Source of the DNA: Antedon mediterranea | Lineage: Eukaryota > Animalia > Echinodermata | Length of the DNA: 64,000 nucleotides | Assembly (NCBI RefSeq): GCF_964355755.1 | Contig: NC_092672.1 | Coordinates: 37,020,437 to 37,084,436, forward strand | Reading direction: 5' to 3' | Translations under genes and position numbers: made by a program | Shown: positions 49,315 to 61,717 of the stretch, piece by piece | How positions within the stretch are numbered: the stretch's first letter is position 1 | How the letters are laid out: each line of letters begins with the position of its first letter | Notes under the pieces: generated by a model | What the model was told of the DNA's origin: nothing | Database searches by the model: none | What the model saw: only the letters and a program-made list of their open reading frames with translations

Positions 49315-52300
49315 TTAAACATATGTGACATTTTCAACTGAAGAAGAAGTAGTAGTAGGAGGTGCAGTTGGTGGCAAAGGGTACAAGTGAGTCAAGTCGA
49401 TGGACTTCATACTTTCTACGTTAGGATAACGGTGTACGTTTCGTCCTTCCCACAGTAGTGGAGATGACAAGAGTATGGCGGCTGAACCAATTAAAACTGC
49501 TAACGTATATATTAACATTAGAATACGATCGATGACCATAGATACAAACTGCCAATCTGATTTGACCTGAGCGAAATAAAAATAAAACAAAAACATTAAT
49601 GTTGCTAGATAATATATTATTTCATTGATGGTTTTTAGTATTGTTATCGATTATCGATTATTATTATTATTATTATTGTTATTGTTATCGATTACACAGT
49701 GTACCTTGGTATCATCATCTTCTTCTTTGAAATGATTAACAATAAAATCAATATTGTCAATTGTTGATTTCGAATAATTATTTCGAGATGGTGTATTTTT
49801 AGATCTATCGTTGTTTCCATGACCATCTCGTCCGGTGACGACTTCCTCGTCACGAATTGTCATTTCCATATCACCCATCTCGTACTGACCTCGTTGAGTT
49901 TCCGTTTTGCAACACAGTGCATCATAGCCTGATCTCAGAATACCAAAGAAGTACTTCTGTTCAGATCTTGTCGACTCCCTCGTCTCAAGAGGCGGTTTGT
50001 TTATCAGACAGTCTGTACTGGAGTACACATTATCGTCTTTTCGATCCGTCTGATCGTCATCATGCGATCGCTTCATGTGTAAAATACGCGGGAAAAAATC
50101 AAGGAAGAGTAAGCGCACCCAAGCAGGCATAGTGTGCGTCGAACCCGCACGATGGAAGACATTGATAATTATCACAGTTATAAAAGTTGAAAATCCAACC
50201 ATTGCCATGGTGAACAATAAGTATTTCACAATAAGAGGAACATTTTGAGCAGTTGACGGTATTAGTTCGGCTATCAGTAACAAGAACACAATGACGGCTA
50301 GAAGAATCGACGTACACAACGTAACCTTTTCACCGCTGTTTGGTGGGACGTAAAAAATAAATATCGTTAACGTTGTAATGAGTAAGCAAGGTACTACCAT
50401 TGTTACAACGTAAAATAATGGCTTACGATGTAAGACAAATACAAACGTCAAATCGACGTAAATTTCCTCGCAACATTCGTATTTGATAGTATGCTTTTGG
50501 ATAGGTGTTTCAACGATGTCCCATTCGGCGTTAGGCCAGTACTGCCCTTGGTCTATCTGTTTCTGCATTGCCTCCAAGTCTATCAGACTATAGTCGTGGG
50601 TCCACGATCCGAATTTCATTTTACATGTCTGCTCATCGAATGGGAAGTAGGTGACTTCAATGTCACAAGCGCTCTTGAAGACTGCCGGTGGTTGCCACGA
50701 TACCGTGCCGTTGTAGAACACATTTGCCTTCGTAAGTTGTATGACGTCATAGGGACCATTTGCACTGTGGAAAAGATAGAGTATATATTTGTAAATAAAT
50801 GTATATATAATTTATGTTTGAAAGAAAACCCTTCCCATAACATCGGAGTTTTCTAAAGTTTGGTTGTTTCCATTTGGACGCAACGCAAAAACATAGTAGA
50901 CGCATCGCAAGTGAGTTGTGGCAGTCCATTTCATCGCGTCGTGATTTGTGAAGCACACAAGGACGCAACTCAAAGTGATTTTACCAATCTCAAGCCATGG
51001 ATTATTCGAATAGTCAAGTCTTTTGGTCAACTCGCTTGCGTTCCAGCGGCAAGCTTAAGACATAATTCTTCAGTTACACAGTAGGCCCTACTTACTTATT
51101 ATACAGTACAAGATCTGGCTTCCAAAGGTCACTGACCGGGACGTGGATTATAGTTAGGTTCCCATAATCCTCTGGTTTCCACGTCAGTCGATAGTCAACC
51201 CAAGTCTGATGAAGAGAACCAGTGACTTATTAGAATAAGATTAGCTTTCAAGAAAATACGAGTATAGTGCAAGACGTGCACATTGATAACTCATTGAAAT
51301 GTTCATAGGTTTATAGTATTCGATCAAGAATTCATTTAATTATGATAACAACGAGAAAAGAACATAAAATTTGATAAATCTACGTAAAAAAGCATTGATC
51401 AAACAAAAACATATATGGTATAGTATTTTAAGAAAAAAAGTAAAGGTCACGTGTTCAATTCTGAACGTATGGGAATGAGCTGTTGGGAGATTACTGCACT
51501 AAAGCCTCTGCATAATGTGGTAGGGTAGTCAATTCCTTTCCACGCCGCCTTATCCTACCTAGTTAGGTACTTATGTACAGCTGAGTGGACTGGGAGTTGT
51601 CTGGAATAATATTGTAGTGTACATGTTTTTCTCGACGGCTACGGTAGTATAACTATATTGTAATTTGCGCCCTCTATACGTACCTGCTTCACCCATAAGC
51701 TAGTTGTCATGACTTGATTTCGTTCGTCCTAATTAAAAAAAAAGAAGCAAAACAGAATCATGATTTGTGACATGTCCCTCTCAATTCAGATGTATTTGCA
51801 AAACACATAAATCAATCTCATAACGAATACACGAGTCTTGTTGTTATCACATTTGTCAAAATCTAAATCATGTAGCCTAAATCACATGTGACGTAATTTA
51901 TTATTACCTTCCGGTAACTTGATTTATTTATCTCTTAATAATAATACCACATTTATATAGCGCCCTTTTTATGAATAAACATGTTTAAATGCTGTATCTC
52001 TTGTCATTCAGTTCATATTTATATATATATATATATATATACACTGTATATACAGTGATGTGGTTCTTTTGATGACGTCATTATCAATTTTCGCATACGG
52101 CTCGATCGATCCATCTACCACAATTTTTGGACCGAGCCCAAAATAAACCAGGCTATTAATGGCTCTTTGTTTGCTTAACATTTTGAGTTTAAAGAGTAAT
52201 GTGTACGTAATGGTTCCACTAGTAGAGGAGGGGAGGCCTACGTCAACAATGTGTACATATCTAGCTCTAGTGTGCAATTGAAAGAACCTAGTACATCTTT

Positions 52301-55300
52301 CGAGACAAGTAGGGGGCTACCCTGGTGTACTAGTACACACATAGCCAATGATCATAACTGGACCCTCTGGAAGACCAGTCTTTAACTGACGAGGTTATAC
52401 CAGTATAAACAAATAACAAATTCAAAAAATTCAAATTCGTGTTTGCAATGCTCGTATCGGGTTATATAAGCCATAATCGTGTTTAACAATCTGTATAACA
52501 ACAAATTGAGTATGAGATTTTTATATAAAAACAAACAGAATTAATCACAGTAGGGGTACGTTTCAATTTTTAGAAATAAAGTCCGTACAATCCGTATACC
52601 GTAGATACTCCATTTGTATTTTTGAAGTTTTGATGCTTGTCCTAACAATAATGATGTTAATTACAGGTTCTAATATTGTAATTGACAATAAGCAAATGAA
52701 CACGCTTACAAATCTAGTATGTATTCAACGCACGTCTTTAATTTAAGTGCTAAAGATAAAAATCAAAAGCAGCGAATAGATCATTTCCAAACATGGCTAT
52801 TGCAGCATACCATGCAGATATTTAAGGGCATAGTAAAGTGCATGGCATCCGTATGTGAGTACCTGTCAACAAGACAGAGATTACAAGATTGCTTGTTCAC
52901 ACTTGAAGCCTATGGCAATAAAAAAAGTAAAAGAATTCCTCCTCGGTAAAGTACAATGCTAACAAAATTAAAGCGGGCGCGTGCCGTGTCGTCTGCCTCA
53001 GGTGAATTGCAACGTTACAACTCGAGCGACTCGAGCGGGCGCGTGCCGTGTTGTCGTCAGCCTCGGGTGAATTATCAACGTTACAACTCGAGCGGGCGCG
53101 TGCCGTTTCGTCTGCCTCAGGTATTTAAGTGAAGCGTGCCGCTAGGTTGTAAATCAAAGTAAAGGAGATGATGTAGGCGATAAAAGACACGACATTGCCC
53201 CCCAGGAAAACCTGGTAAAATGACTGATGAGACAGCTGGAAAAAGTATAAAACAAAAGACGAGGAATTTGATGTGGATGAATTGATTGATGAGTGGGATA
53301 AACTAAATGATGAAACCAATTCATTATTTTGTTGATAATCATAAATATCATGTGTCAGTCAGTATTATGTATTGGAAGCGAAGATCACGATGGACTGGAT
53401 GGATGTAATAAATAAATATTAATTCTTTCTCAGAAGTATGATTTAAAGGCGTCAGACATTTGATTTTTTGTCGTTTTAAAGTTGAACCAGATTATAATAG
53501 CGAGAGAAATATACACATCCAATCTTCATCTGGTTTACAACATTTGAAACATTTCAGAATTTGTAGTACGGTTATTTAGTTTAGATGCTTGAAATATGCA
53601 TAATTTATGTCACGTGGCTTCTGACTCATGGTTGCGCATTGATTTTCCGCCGCATCGCGAAAAGATGAAAATGTACGCTTTTGATTCGCGCGAATAATTC
53701 GCTTTAGTGGCCGCGGCTTGACACAAGAGTAGCCTAACATTCTAAAGGTTATCTTTATTAAGGTTTCCTTAATGAGGCATGGGTAGGCCTAGCTGTAATA
53801 CTAAGCAAGGTTAGATCAACGATACTTTCATATTGGTTAAGCTGAGTACACAACGTACGCTCATAATGTCTATAAGTTCATGTTATAACAATAGCTTTGA
53901 TCGTTACTGGCTTTTAATAGACATGCTATGTAGTTCCTTTTTGAAAGATCTTTTGTTTAATTATTGAAATCAATAGAAACGTTCACATGATGATATTAAT
54001 GATAACATATATATCGTCATCTTCTTACAGGCTATAAACAGGCATTTATTCCAGATAATCTTTCTATAAAGTAACAATACATATAATATTATGTTAAGCT
54101 TAAAACTATTAGGACCTGAACACGATACAGTCGATTGAAGATGCGGGTGACGAATGAGTCGATGAGATAGAATGTAATGCTATTCTAAATAAACAGATTT
54201 TTTGAAATACGGCAAAACTAGACAAGCATGACAAAAAATTACAATTTTAAAGTTTACAAATATTTGTTTTCTATAACACGCCTTATTGGGCTATGAAAGC
54301 GAGGAACTTTGGGAATATAAAATGCTGAAGGGCATGTGGAAATGATTTGTCGCTTCTTCCGCAGTATTTTTTAGATTGAAGCATTGAGGTATACCTCCAT
54401 GTTTGAAGTAATAGCATTATCTAGTGTAGAGTAGGTGGTTATGAAGAGTTATTCCGCAATCAAAACAGCCTATTCGATGTTTATGCATACAATACTATTA
54501 ACATCGTCGATAATGTTTCAAAGTACTCCTTAATGTTGCATTTTGAACTAACCTTGTGGTCGTGACGTCATCGGCAATCTCAATATGACATGCGCGGTAA
54601 AAAAGATGAAGAATGGTACGCACGTAATTTGTGTGTTTTCTGCTATATCATACTAATTTACTTTCCCCCAAATTTGTACTTATGAGGTCACACATTCACA
54701 AAGATGGTCCCTGTGAGCAATTTGATATTATAATATCGATGCAAAGAATTTGCAACGAATTCTAAGCATTAAATTATAATTGGACTTGCTGTGATGGTCA
54801 ACTATACATTATATTATTAGCTTAATCATGTTAGTACAAATAAAATTCGACATAGATAGGACGCACAAAACATGACGAAATTTAGGCATAAAGTAATGCA
54901 AATGAAGCAGGTGCCTTGATAATAATTAGCCGAGTAGTTAACTCATTCTAGCCACAACAAATTTTTGCTAATAAGATTTTGCCTCCTAGATTAATGAAAC
55001 AAGTGAATCTGACCTCATAATTATCGTCTTTTTCTATCCTCCTCGATTTTCTAATTATGTAATTAAATAAAATTAAATGCTTTCCACTAATCTATAAGCC
55101 CTATACGTGCTTGTGCCGTAAAGTTCAGCTATGTTAAACATAATAGCGAGATGTTATCGATTTGGTCATGCGGAAAATTGTCACCCCCGGGGTGAAATCA
55201 AGGATATCATTGCGTACCTGAAGGGGACAATTGAATGAGTTAGTCGCGTTCATAATTACAATTACACGAAAGGCTGTTAACTCTTATACAGCAATATGTG

Positions 55301-57394
55301 ATATCTGATATTATAACAACAGTGACTCATTAAATCTAAGTGTGTAATTCATATTTTGCCCTATTTGGCTAAAGAACTGTATGATTTTGTCCTAATAACA
55401 TCCAAGGTACATCCTGTTGATGTTCGAATCGTAATTCTGGTTTTTTTTCAGGATTGAAAAATACATGTTAGATTGTCGACTTGGAGGCGTTTCCCGGTTG
55501 AATGACATCTAAGTCATGAGCTTTAGTAGAAAGATTTATGAATATTATCAAGATAACTTTAATTACTAGATATAGAAAAAAATCAGATAGAAAAATTCAG
55601 TCGATTTTTGAACACGCGCGTGTGCTGTAAAACTTGTATCAATTTTTTAACACGCGCGTGTGCTGTAAAACTTGTATCATTTTTTGAACACGTGCGTGTG
55701 CTGTAAAACTTGTATCAGTTTTTGAACACGCGCATTTGCTGTAAAACTTTTATAAGTTTTTGAACACGCGCATGAAGCCGTATAGTAACACTTTCATCGG
55801 TTTTTGAACGCGCGTTTCGCTGTAAATATGACAGAAGGTAAAATTTGCCCACAGATCGCAATTACAAATATAAAATTAAGCTTAAAATATTTACGTATCA
55901 CTTAAATGTGATGTGAGCTCAACATACTTAAATTTTCATAATGTCTATCCGTATGAAAACGTGACTAATAATAAAGCAGTGGAAATAGAGAGGCCAAAAG
56001 AAATTAAGTCCGTATTGCGATAGTTATAAGCTAATGATCGTCGTATAATATCTATACATGTAAATCACCGTAGTCTCTAATGTACTCAGCAAGTACCTAC
56101 TAACACCATCAACTGAGATTAAGAAATACCTAAGCCTAGGTTTTATGTCTTGTCCTCATTTCAGTAAATTTATTTTTAGTTTAGAAAAAATAATTTTAGA
56201 TGCATACAACATGTTTGTTTTCTGGGATTGTTTAAATATAAATATATACCAAAGATTTTTGTTTGTAACAAACACAAAATTTATAAGAACAGTTGTGAAT
56301 TATCGCTCATAATCTTGTGGTTGTTATACCTATTGTAAAACCAAAATTCTCCATTAAAAAAAAAAGGTTTTTATTTGGAAAATAGAAAAAATGACATTTT
56401 TTTTATGAACAGTGCGATTTTTCCTGTGTTTGTGTTTCAGTACGTATGATTTTTATTACTATTATTGTGATGGGAATAAATAAATGTTAATTAATTGATA
56501 ATCAATTTCACAAAAGATATTAATCTTCTCATATTACCATATATGACTTCACTTAAATAATAAGGTTAAAAAACGATTATACAAAATAATATAATAAGAG
56601 TTAAATCAAAAGGTAATATATTCAGCTTTTATTTTAGTTGATTTACCTTTTTCTTCATTCGTTTCATTTAAACATGCTTCAGGAATATTTGTCGACCTAG
56701 TGAAATTATCAATAGATTTATCAAAGGCAATAAATTACACAGCTCAAATATCAACGTACGTCAAGCAATGCATCGTATACACCGTGACACAGCACACATT
56801 ACACACAGTTTTACTACTTATTATGTGCAAGCCAGCTTTTACTATATAAAACTAAAATAAAAAATCACAACGTATTTTATAGACGTCAGCGTGTCTGCTG
56901 TAACGGGTACGTAATTATCGAAGGCAATTACGTCGTTTATGCCGATAAGGCGTTCGTGATCAATCATCCGTTATAAGACGGTATAACAAAATAACTCGTA
57001 AATACGTTTTTATTATCGATGACGACGCTGTGGTATTTAGGACGCATAACAGTAACATCTACATCTACATGATTTTGTCGCTGAAGCAAGGATCATTATA
57101 AGTTTCTGTAGCAAAAATATTCCAACATAAACTACAACGATTGTATCACTTGTATGACAATATACAAAAGTACATTATTCCATTATTATCATTATATCAT
57201 CTCTCATCATCATCATCATCTCATCATCATTATCCTCCTCCTCCTCCTCCTCATCATCATCATCACAATCCACAATCATCCTCATCATTTTCATCATCCC
57301 TGTCATCATCATCTCATCATCATTATCCTCCTCCTCATCATCATCACAATCACCATCATCTCTCATCATCATCATCATCTCATCATCATTATCC

Positions 57395-57430
<36 letters not shown>

Positions 57431-59786
57431 CAATCTTCATCCGTGTCGTCATCATCATCACAATAAGTAGGCCTGATAAGAAGGTCGTAACGTGCCACAT
57501 TTTTGCGTGCAACGTCAGAGAGTCAGGTGTTGAATTAAACCCGGATGGTCATGATCATTATTAAGTAGGGGTTAGAGTACTTTCGTCCTGTTAGGGTAGG
57601 GGGTTAATTTAGCATACACATTGCTGTAGTATAACGAATAATACTCATATTAGCTGACAGAGGGAAATCTGTGAGGGTACATACAAACATCTAATCGTGA
57701 GTTAGGCTTAATTGAAAGTACAAACAATATTGGTAAATTGAAATGATGAAAACAAAATTGTAAAAGAAAAGATCCCACCCTAACTCTTAAAGATAATCTA
57801 GGTTGATAAGCAATATTATTATTTTAGAAGATATTCATGCGATTACACGGAGGAGTTGGTTAGTTTGTCGGTTAGTTTTACTCATGAGAATCGAAGAACT
57901 GTTTTACAAAGGGGGAAGGAGGGGAAGGGTGAGTACCCCCTCCCCCACACGAGGGGAAGGAGGGGAAGGGTGAAGGGTGCGTACCCCTCCCCCACACGAT
58001 CCGATAGACACTTCATTACCTACGATCGAGGCATTTATACCGACAAATTAACATTGCTTTCAAACAACTACAGTTGGAGTGCATATAATTAGTTTTACTC
58101 CGCCATGAGAATCGAAGAATTGATTTTCAAAAGTGTGGGGAAAGGAAGGGGTAGGGGGTGCGTACCCCACAATCCGACAGAAAGTTTCATTGACTTATGA
58201 TCGAGGCTATTATACCGACGAATTAACATTGCTTTCAAACAACTACAGAGTTAAATGTCGTTATTATTTGTTTTAAGCATATTTGCCCTTTTCTTTAAAT
58301 ATTAGTGACCTTCAACATTTCAAAATATGTTGGCCTGTTGTGTTAGTTTATCTTGTTTTACAGCAGCTGATGAAATAGGTTAACATCTATGTATTGATTG
58401 TCTTAATAAAATAAAATCCATTATATTCCAATGTGTAACTGAGATGTCCAAGACCACACGTAACTAGAAAGTTTGGTCGTTACAAGGATTAATCCTATGT
58501 ACTTAAAGATGTGGCCATTTTGTAGTTTTATTAAAATTAATCACTTCCGTAGAAAAAAATAATAAAACAATAATATTTTCACTTACAAAACCCATTGACT
58601 TTCAATTTGACTATTTTTTACTTTAAATTACAGTTTCTTGAGGTAAATCATTTTGTTCGATTCCAATTTTTGTGATGTGACATTAAAAAGGCATGTTCAA
58701 GAAAAATATTAAAAAAAAAACAATACATGGACATAAATGCTTTTAAGGATGCCCACAACGTGTTTAAGGATACACGCAACGCGTTTAAGGATACACGCAA
58801 CGCGTTTAAAGATGTACACAAATGCGCTTGAAATCTAAAAATAAAATGAATTATGTAAAGAAGCAATAACAATTCTCTAGTATGGGTACACAAGTACGGT
58901 TTCCTTGAACTATTAAACACCAGAATTTATGATTTGTAAAATATGGCGTCCCATTTATTTTAATAGTGGCTTATTAATGTAAACGAGGTCGGTAACAAAT
59001 CAAAAACTCTCATATTTTTGCGCTGAATTACTTAAACTAGTCGGTAATACATACAAGATACAAAATGTGTAATGTGCTCGTTCTCTAGTAAACTTCTTCT
59101 GATAATATGGAATTTAAGACGTGTTCTTAAGTGGGTAGTTAGTTTTCACTACATTCTTTCCAATAAGACATAAGAGGTATTTTTGCTACGTTTCTGATTC
59201 TGCTTAAAATGAAGATTTCAATGTAAAGCCAATGTGAAATGATTTGATAAGTTTCTACTTTAAATATTTTAGTAAATTATTATCTTCTGTAATTCTTCCC
59301 TCATCTTATTCTTCATCCTTTCCTCCTCGGCCTCTTTCACATTTACCCCTTTTCCATTTCGCTGTCTGTAACATCACGATTTATCTTATTTGTTCTGGAT
59401 TCTCATCTTGTTAAAACTTTACCTTTTTACGAAATAATATGGAAATGTTGGCAGTAATTGGCCATTATTAGATTTTATCTACCTATTGACTATTATATAT
59501 CTCATCACTTTCTGCGCAACAAACGCAAACAAAACGTGCAAGTATACTGGATTGGTACTTGTGATTGGTCAAATTACTTGCGTTACGCGTACTACTTGCG
59601 TAAACTTGCGTAAGAGGTAACCAAGTTTTAAATTAAGTCTTACCACGTCGATGATCTGCGACACAGACATCCCAACGTGTACAACAATTGGCTGTGAGAA
59701 GTTCTGTGCTGGTCGGACGAACTTGACATAACGAGATAGAAGATGATTGTGCAGTTTTTCCTCATCCAACGATCCTAACGAAGTAT
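49315..59786 (-). CDS. Nicotinic acetylcholine receptor alpha subunit (cation-selective); signal-peptide exon not located
   Basis: Exons 59786-59644, 51728-51684 (45 nt), 51205-51096 (110 nt), 50764-49705, 49566-49315. WKPDLVLYNNA, Cys-loop CDIEVTYFPFDEQTC, loop B GSWT, loop C YECCEEIY (vicinal Cys = alpha subunit), GEK before TM2, DWQFVSMVIDRI before TM4. Confidence 0.94.
50858..51057. mobile_element. Degenerate MITE family B copy
   Basis: ttggttgtttccatttggacgcaacgcaa...ccaatctcaagccatggattattcgaa..ggtcaactcgcttgcgtt. Confidence 0.6.
51435..51600 (-). mobile_element. SINE 3' fragment (CORE/V-like)
   Basis: Minus strand reads cccagtccactcagctgtacataagtacc, resembling conserved SINE cores, and ends in cctttactttt. 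Confidence 0.35.
52230..52437 (+). mobile_element. 5'-truncated copy of the Deu-like SINE at 22372
   Basis: aaagaacctagtacatctttcgagac.agtaggggg..gaccagtcttt.actga.gaggtta is shared with 22539-22660. Confidence 0.8.
52972..53122. repeat. GC-rich tandem repeat, ~60-bp unit x2.5
   Basis: agcgggcgcgtgccgt..gtc.gcctc.ggtgaatt..aacgttacaactcg. Confidence 0.85.
55605..55826. repeat. Minisatellite, ~38-bp unit x6
   Basis: tttttgaacacgcgcgtgtgctgtaaaacttgtatca, diverging toward the 3' end. Confidence 0.9.
57172..57462. repeat. Compound (CAT)n/(CCT)n microsatellite
   Basis: Long trinucleotide tracts with a higher-order repeat catctcatcatcattatcctc. Confidence 0.95.
57873..58247. repeat. Direct duplication, ~160-215 bp, purine-rich
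   Basis: tagttttactc..catgagaatcgaagaa..atccga.aga..ttcatt..gatcgagg..ttataccgac.aattaacattgctttcaaacaactacag occurs twice. Confidence 0.85.
59512..59628. mobile_element. Degenerate MITE family B copy
   Basis: cttgtgattggtcaaattacttgcgttacg...aaccaagttt. Confidence 0.55.
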
Positions 59787-60065
59787 CTATAAACAAGAAA
59801 AGGAAAACATAAATTATACCAACATTTATTATTTCTGCTCATAGATAGTGAATATATAACCAAACTATGTACTCATTATAATATAATAATATAGATTTAC
59901 AGCGTTTGGGAAGTTTATATATATATATATATATATATAAATCCAAAGGCAAATTACTGAAAAAAATGACAATGCTGTGGGTATCAGTGGCTGGATCTCA
60001 ATGGAGATACAAAAATAAAAAGCGAAAAGCTAAATCAAAACGATAAAGTAAACAGCCAGAAAAGT

Positions 60066-60100
60066 TAGCAGAGCTTTCGGGCAACACTAGCCCTTCATCA

Positions 60101-60102
<2 letters not shown>
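60066..60102 (-). ncRNA. Minimal type-I hammerhead ribozyme core, 5' strand of stem I lost
   Basis: Minus strand: CUGAUGA-A-GGGC-uaguguu-GCCC-GAAA-GC-UC|UGC; palindromic AGCU at stem III. Confidence 0.7.
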
Positions 60103-60146
<44 letters not shown>

Positions 60147-60285
60147 CCAAAGGCAAATTACTGAAAAAATGACAATGCTGTGGGTATCAGTGGCTGGATC
60201 TCAATGGAGATACAAAATAAAAGCGAAAAGCTAAATCAAAACGAGAAGTAAAACAGCCAGAAAAGTTTATATATATATATCCAAT

Positions 60286-60330
60286 CTGCAGACAGTACTG
60301 TTTCGATCTTATTAGATCTCGTCAGTGCAG
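60286..60330 (-). ncRNA. Complete minimal type-I hammerhead ribozyme
   Basis: Minus strand: CUGCA-CUGACGA-GAUCU-aaua-AGAUC-GAAA-C-aguacu-GUC|UGCAG. All core nucleotides, three helices and the GUC cleavage triplet are present. Confidence 0.9.
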
Positions 60331-60399
<69 letters not shown>

Positions 60400-61543
60400 C
60401 CAAACATGGAGACATGGCATACAGTAATTTGAAATATATATTATGTGTTACGTAATAATAAGTAAATGTAAAATCAGAACTTTTTAAAAAGAAAGCAAAC
60501 TGAAAGCAAAATGTCATTTTATTGAAAATAAGAACAAGGTGGCATAATTAGCATTGTTATATCTAATGTTTCATATTTTGTGATGAATCGACGTGTAATT
60601 CAAGAATCTCAACCCATTTACTTGGTGTGTTTGTCTTCGAAATGTGAAATTGATATCAAATCACAATTACTGCAATAAGCAAAACGCATGCGCATAAAGT
60701 TGATGATATACAAAAAAGCATCAAGACAAAATCTAAAAAACCAACAGGCCTATTTATGTCCTGAAGATAGTATTCACCATGCATAGCTGTCAATTTGTAA
60801 TGTAAAAGAAAAAAACTATTTATTTGAATAAAGGAAGGGCAATACATTATTGTTATTTTTGTCATTATTGAAACTAATAAATTGTCTTGAAATGAAATGA
60901 AAAGAATGAATGCAATCATCATAATATTAAACTAGAACATTGCGAAGAAAGTAACTTGACATATGTCTTTTCTGATTTAAAAATACTGATGTAATAAGTT
61001 GGCGTAGTTACGGAAGCTATCGGAACGCAAGATAGTTAATGCTTTGTGTTGGTGCGATGAGAAGTTCACGTTTAATAGAAGATCCCTCAAACGATTTGTG
61101 TGTGTAATATCTATCTGGTGAGAAAACGTATACTTATCACAATACTAATGGGCAATTAACACATTATATACTTAGACAAATCTTTGTTCAAAGATTAAGC
61201 TCGTGGCTCTCTTGAAGAATCCAAATGGATTTAGGGTTAATCATCCCTCATAAAAATGTATATGTTCATAATATTGGAGCCAACACGCCTCCATATTGCA
61301 AAATAGTCTATTTTTATTTATAAACGCGACCAAAATACGATAATAAAAACAATTCTTACATTAACATACATACATAATATTATAAATATAACGTTGGTAA
61401 TGTATTATAAATTGTATTATAAATATGGATGAATGAATATACTTGTAATGATTGTGATATTATTTATGTATGTCTGATATATTATACAAAGTTTGATATT
61501 AAGAATTGGTGTACTCTTACTAAAATATTTCATAACGTTCTTA

Positions 61544-61717
61544 AGCTCTGTCTACGCTATCAAATAAGTTTGACAAACAAATTGTAATGTGCCTAAATAT
61601 AGTAGTGATATGCCTAAATATGGTAGTGATATGCCTAAATATGGTAGTGATATGACATCATCATGTCCATATATGGGCACATCATATTTTTTCACATAAA
61701 GTTTGTTAGTGTAGACA
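61544..61717 (+). mobile_element. MITE family A copy (3 internal units)
   Basis: agctctgtctacgctatcaaa...(atgcctaaatat.gtagtgat)x3...agtttgttagtgtagaca. Confidence 0.88.

Larger units (their letters stand above)
59915..60394 (-). mobile_element. (TA)n microsatellite containing Penelope-like pLTR fragments (125-bp segment duplicated)
   Basis: Segments ~59939-60066 and ~60143-60267 are near-identical and each is bounded by (TA)n; adjacent hammerhead motifs. The Penelope assignment is inference from the ribozyme type. Confidence 0.65.

Noticed and set aside
53224-53245. CTGATGA...GAAA as another hammerhead (also 15830, 51206, 58367)
   Set aside because: No stem II pairing between the core motifs and no stem I or III.
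53150-53420. Acidic coding-like stretch in the large nAChR intron
   Set aside because: Multiple stops in each plus-strand frame and no recognisable motif; at most an unidentifiable decayed element.
57141-57564. His-, Ile- or Asp-rich ORFs
   Set aside because: Translation of a (CAT)n microsatellite.
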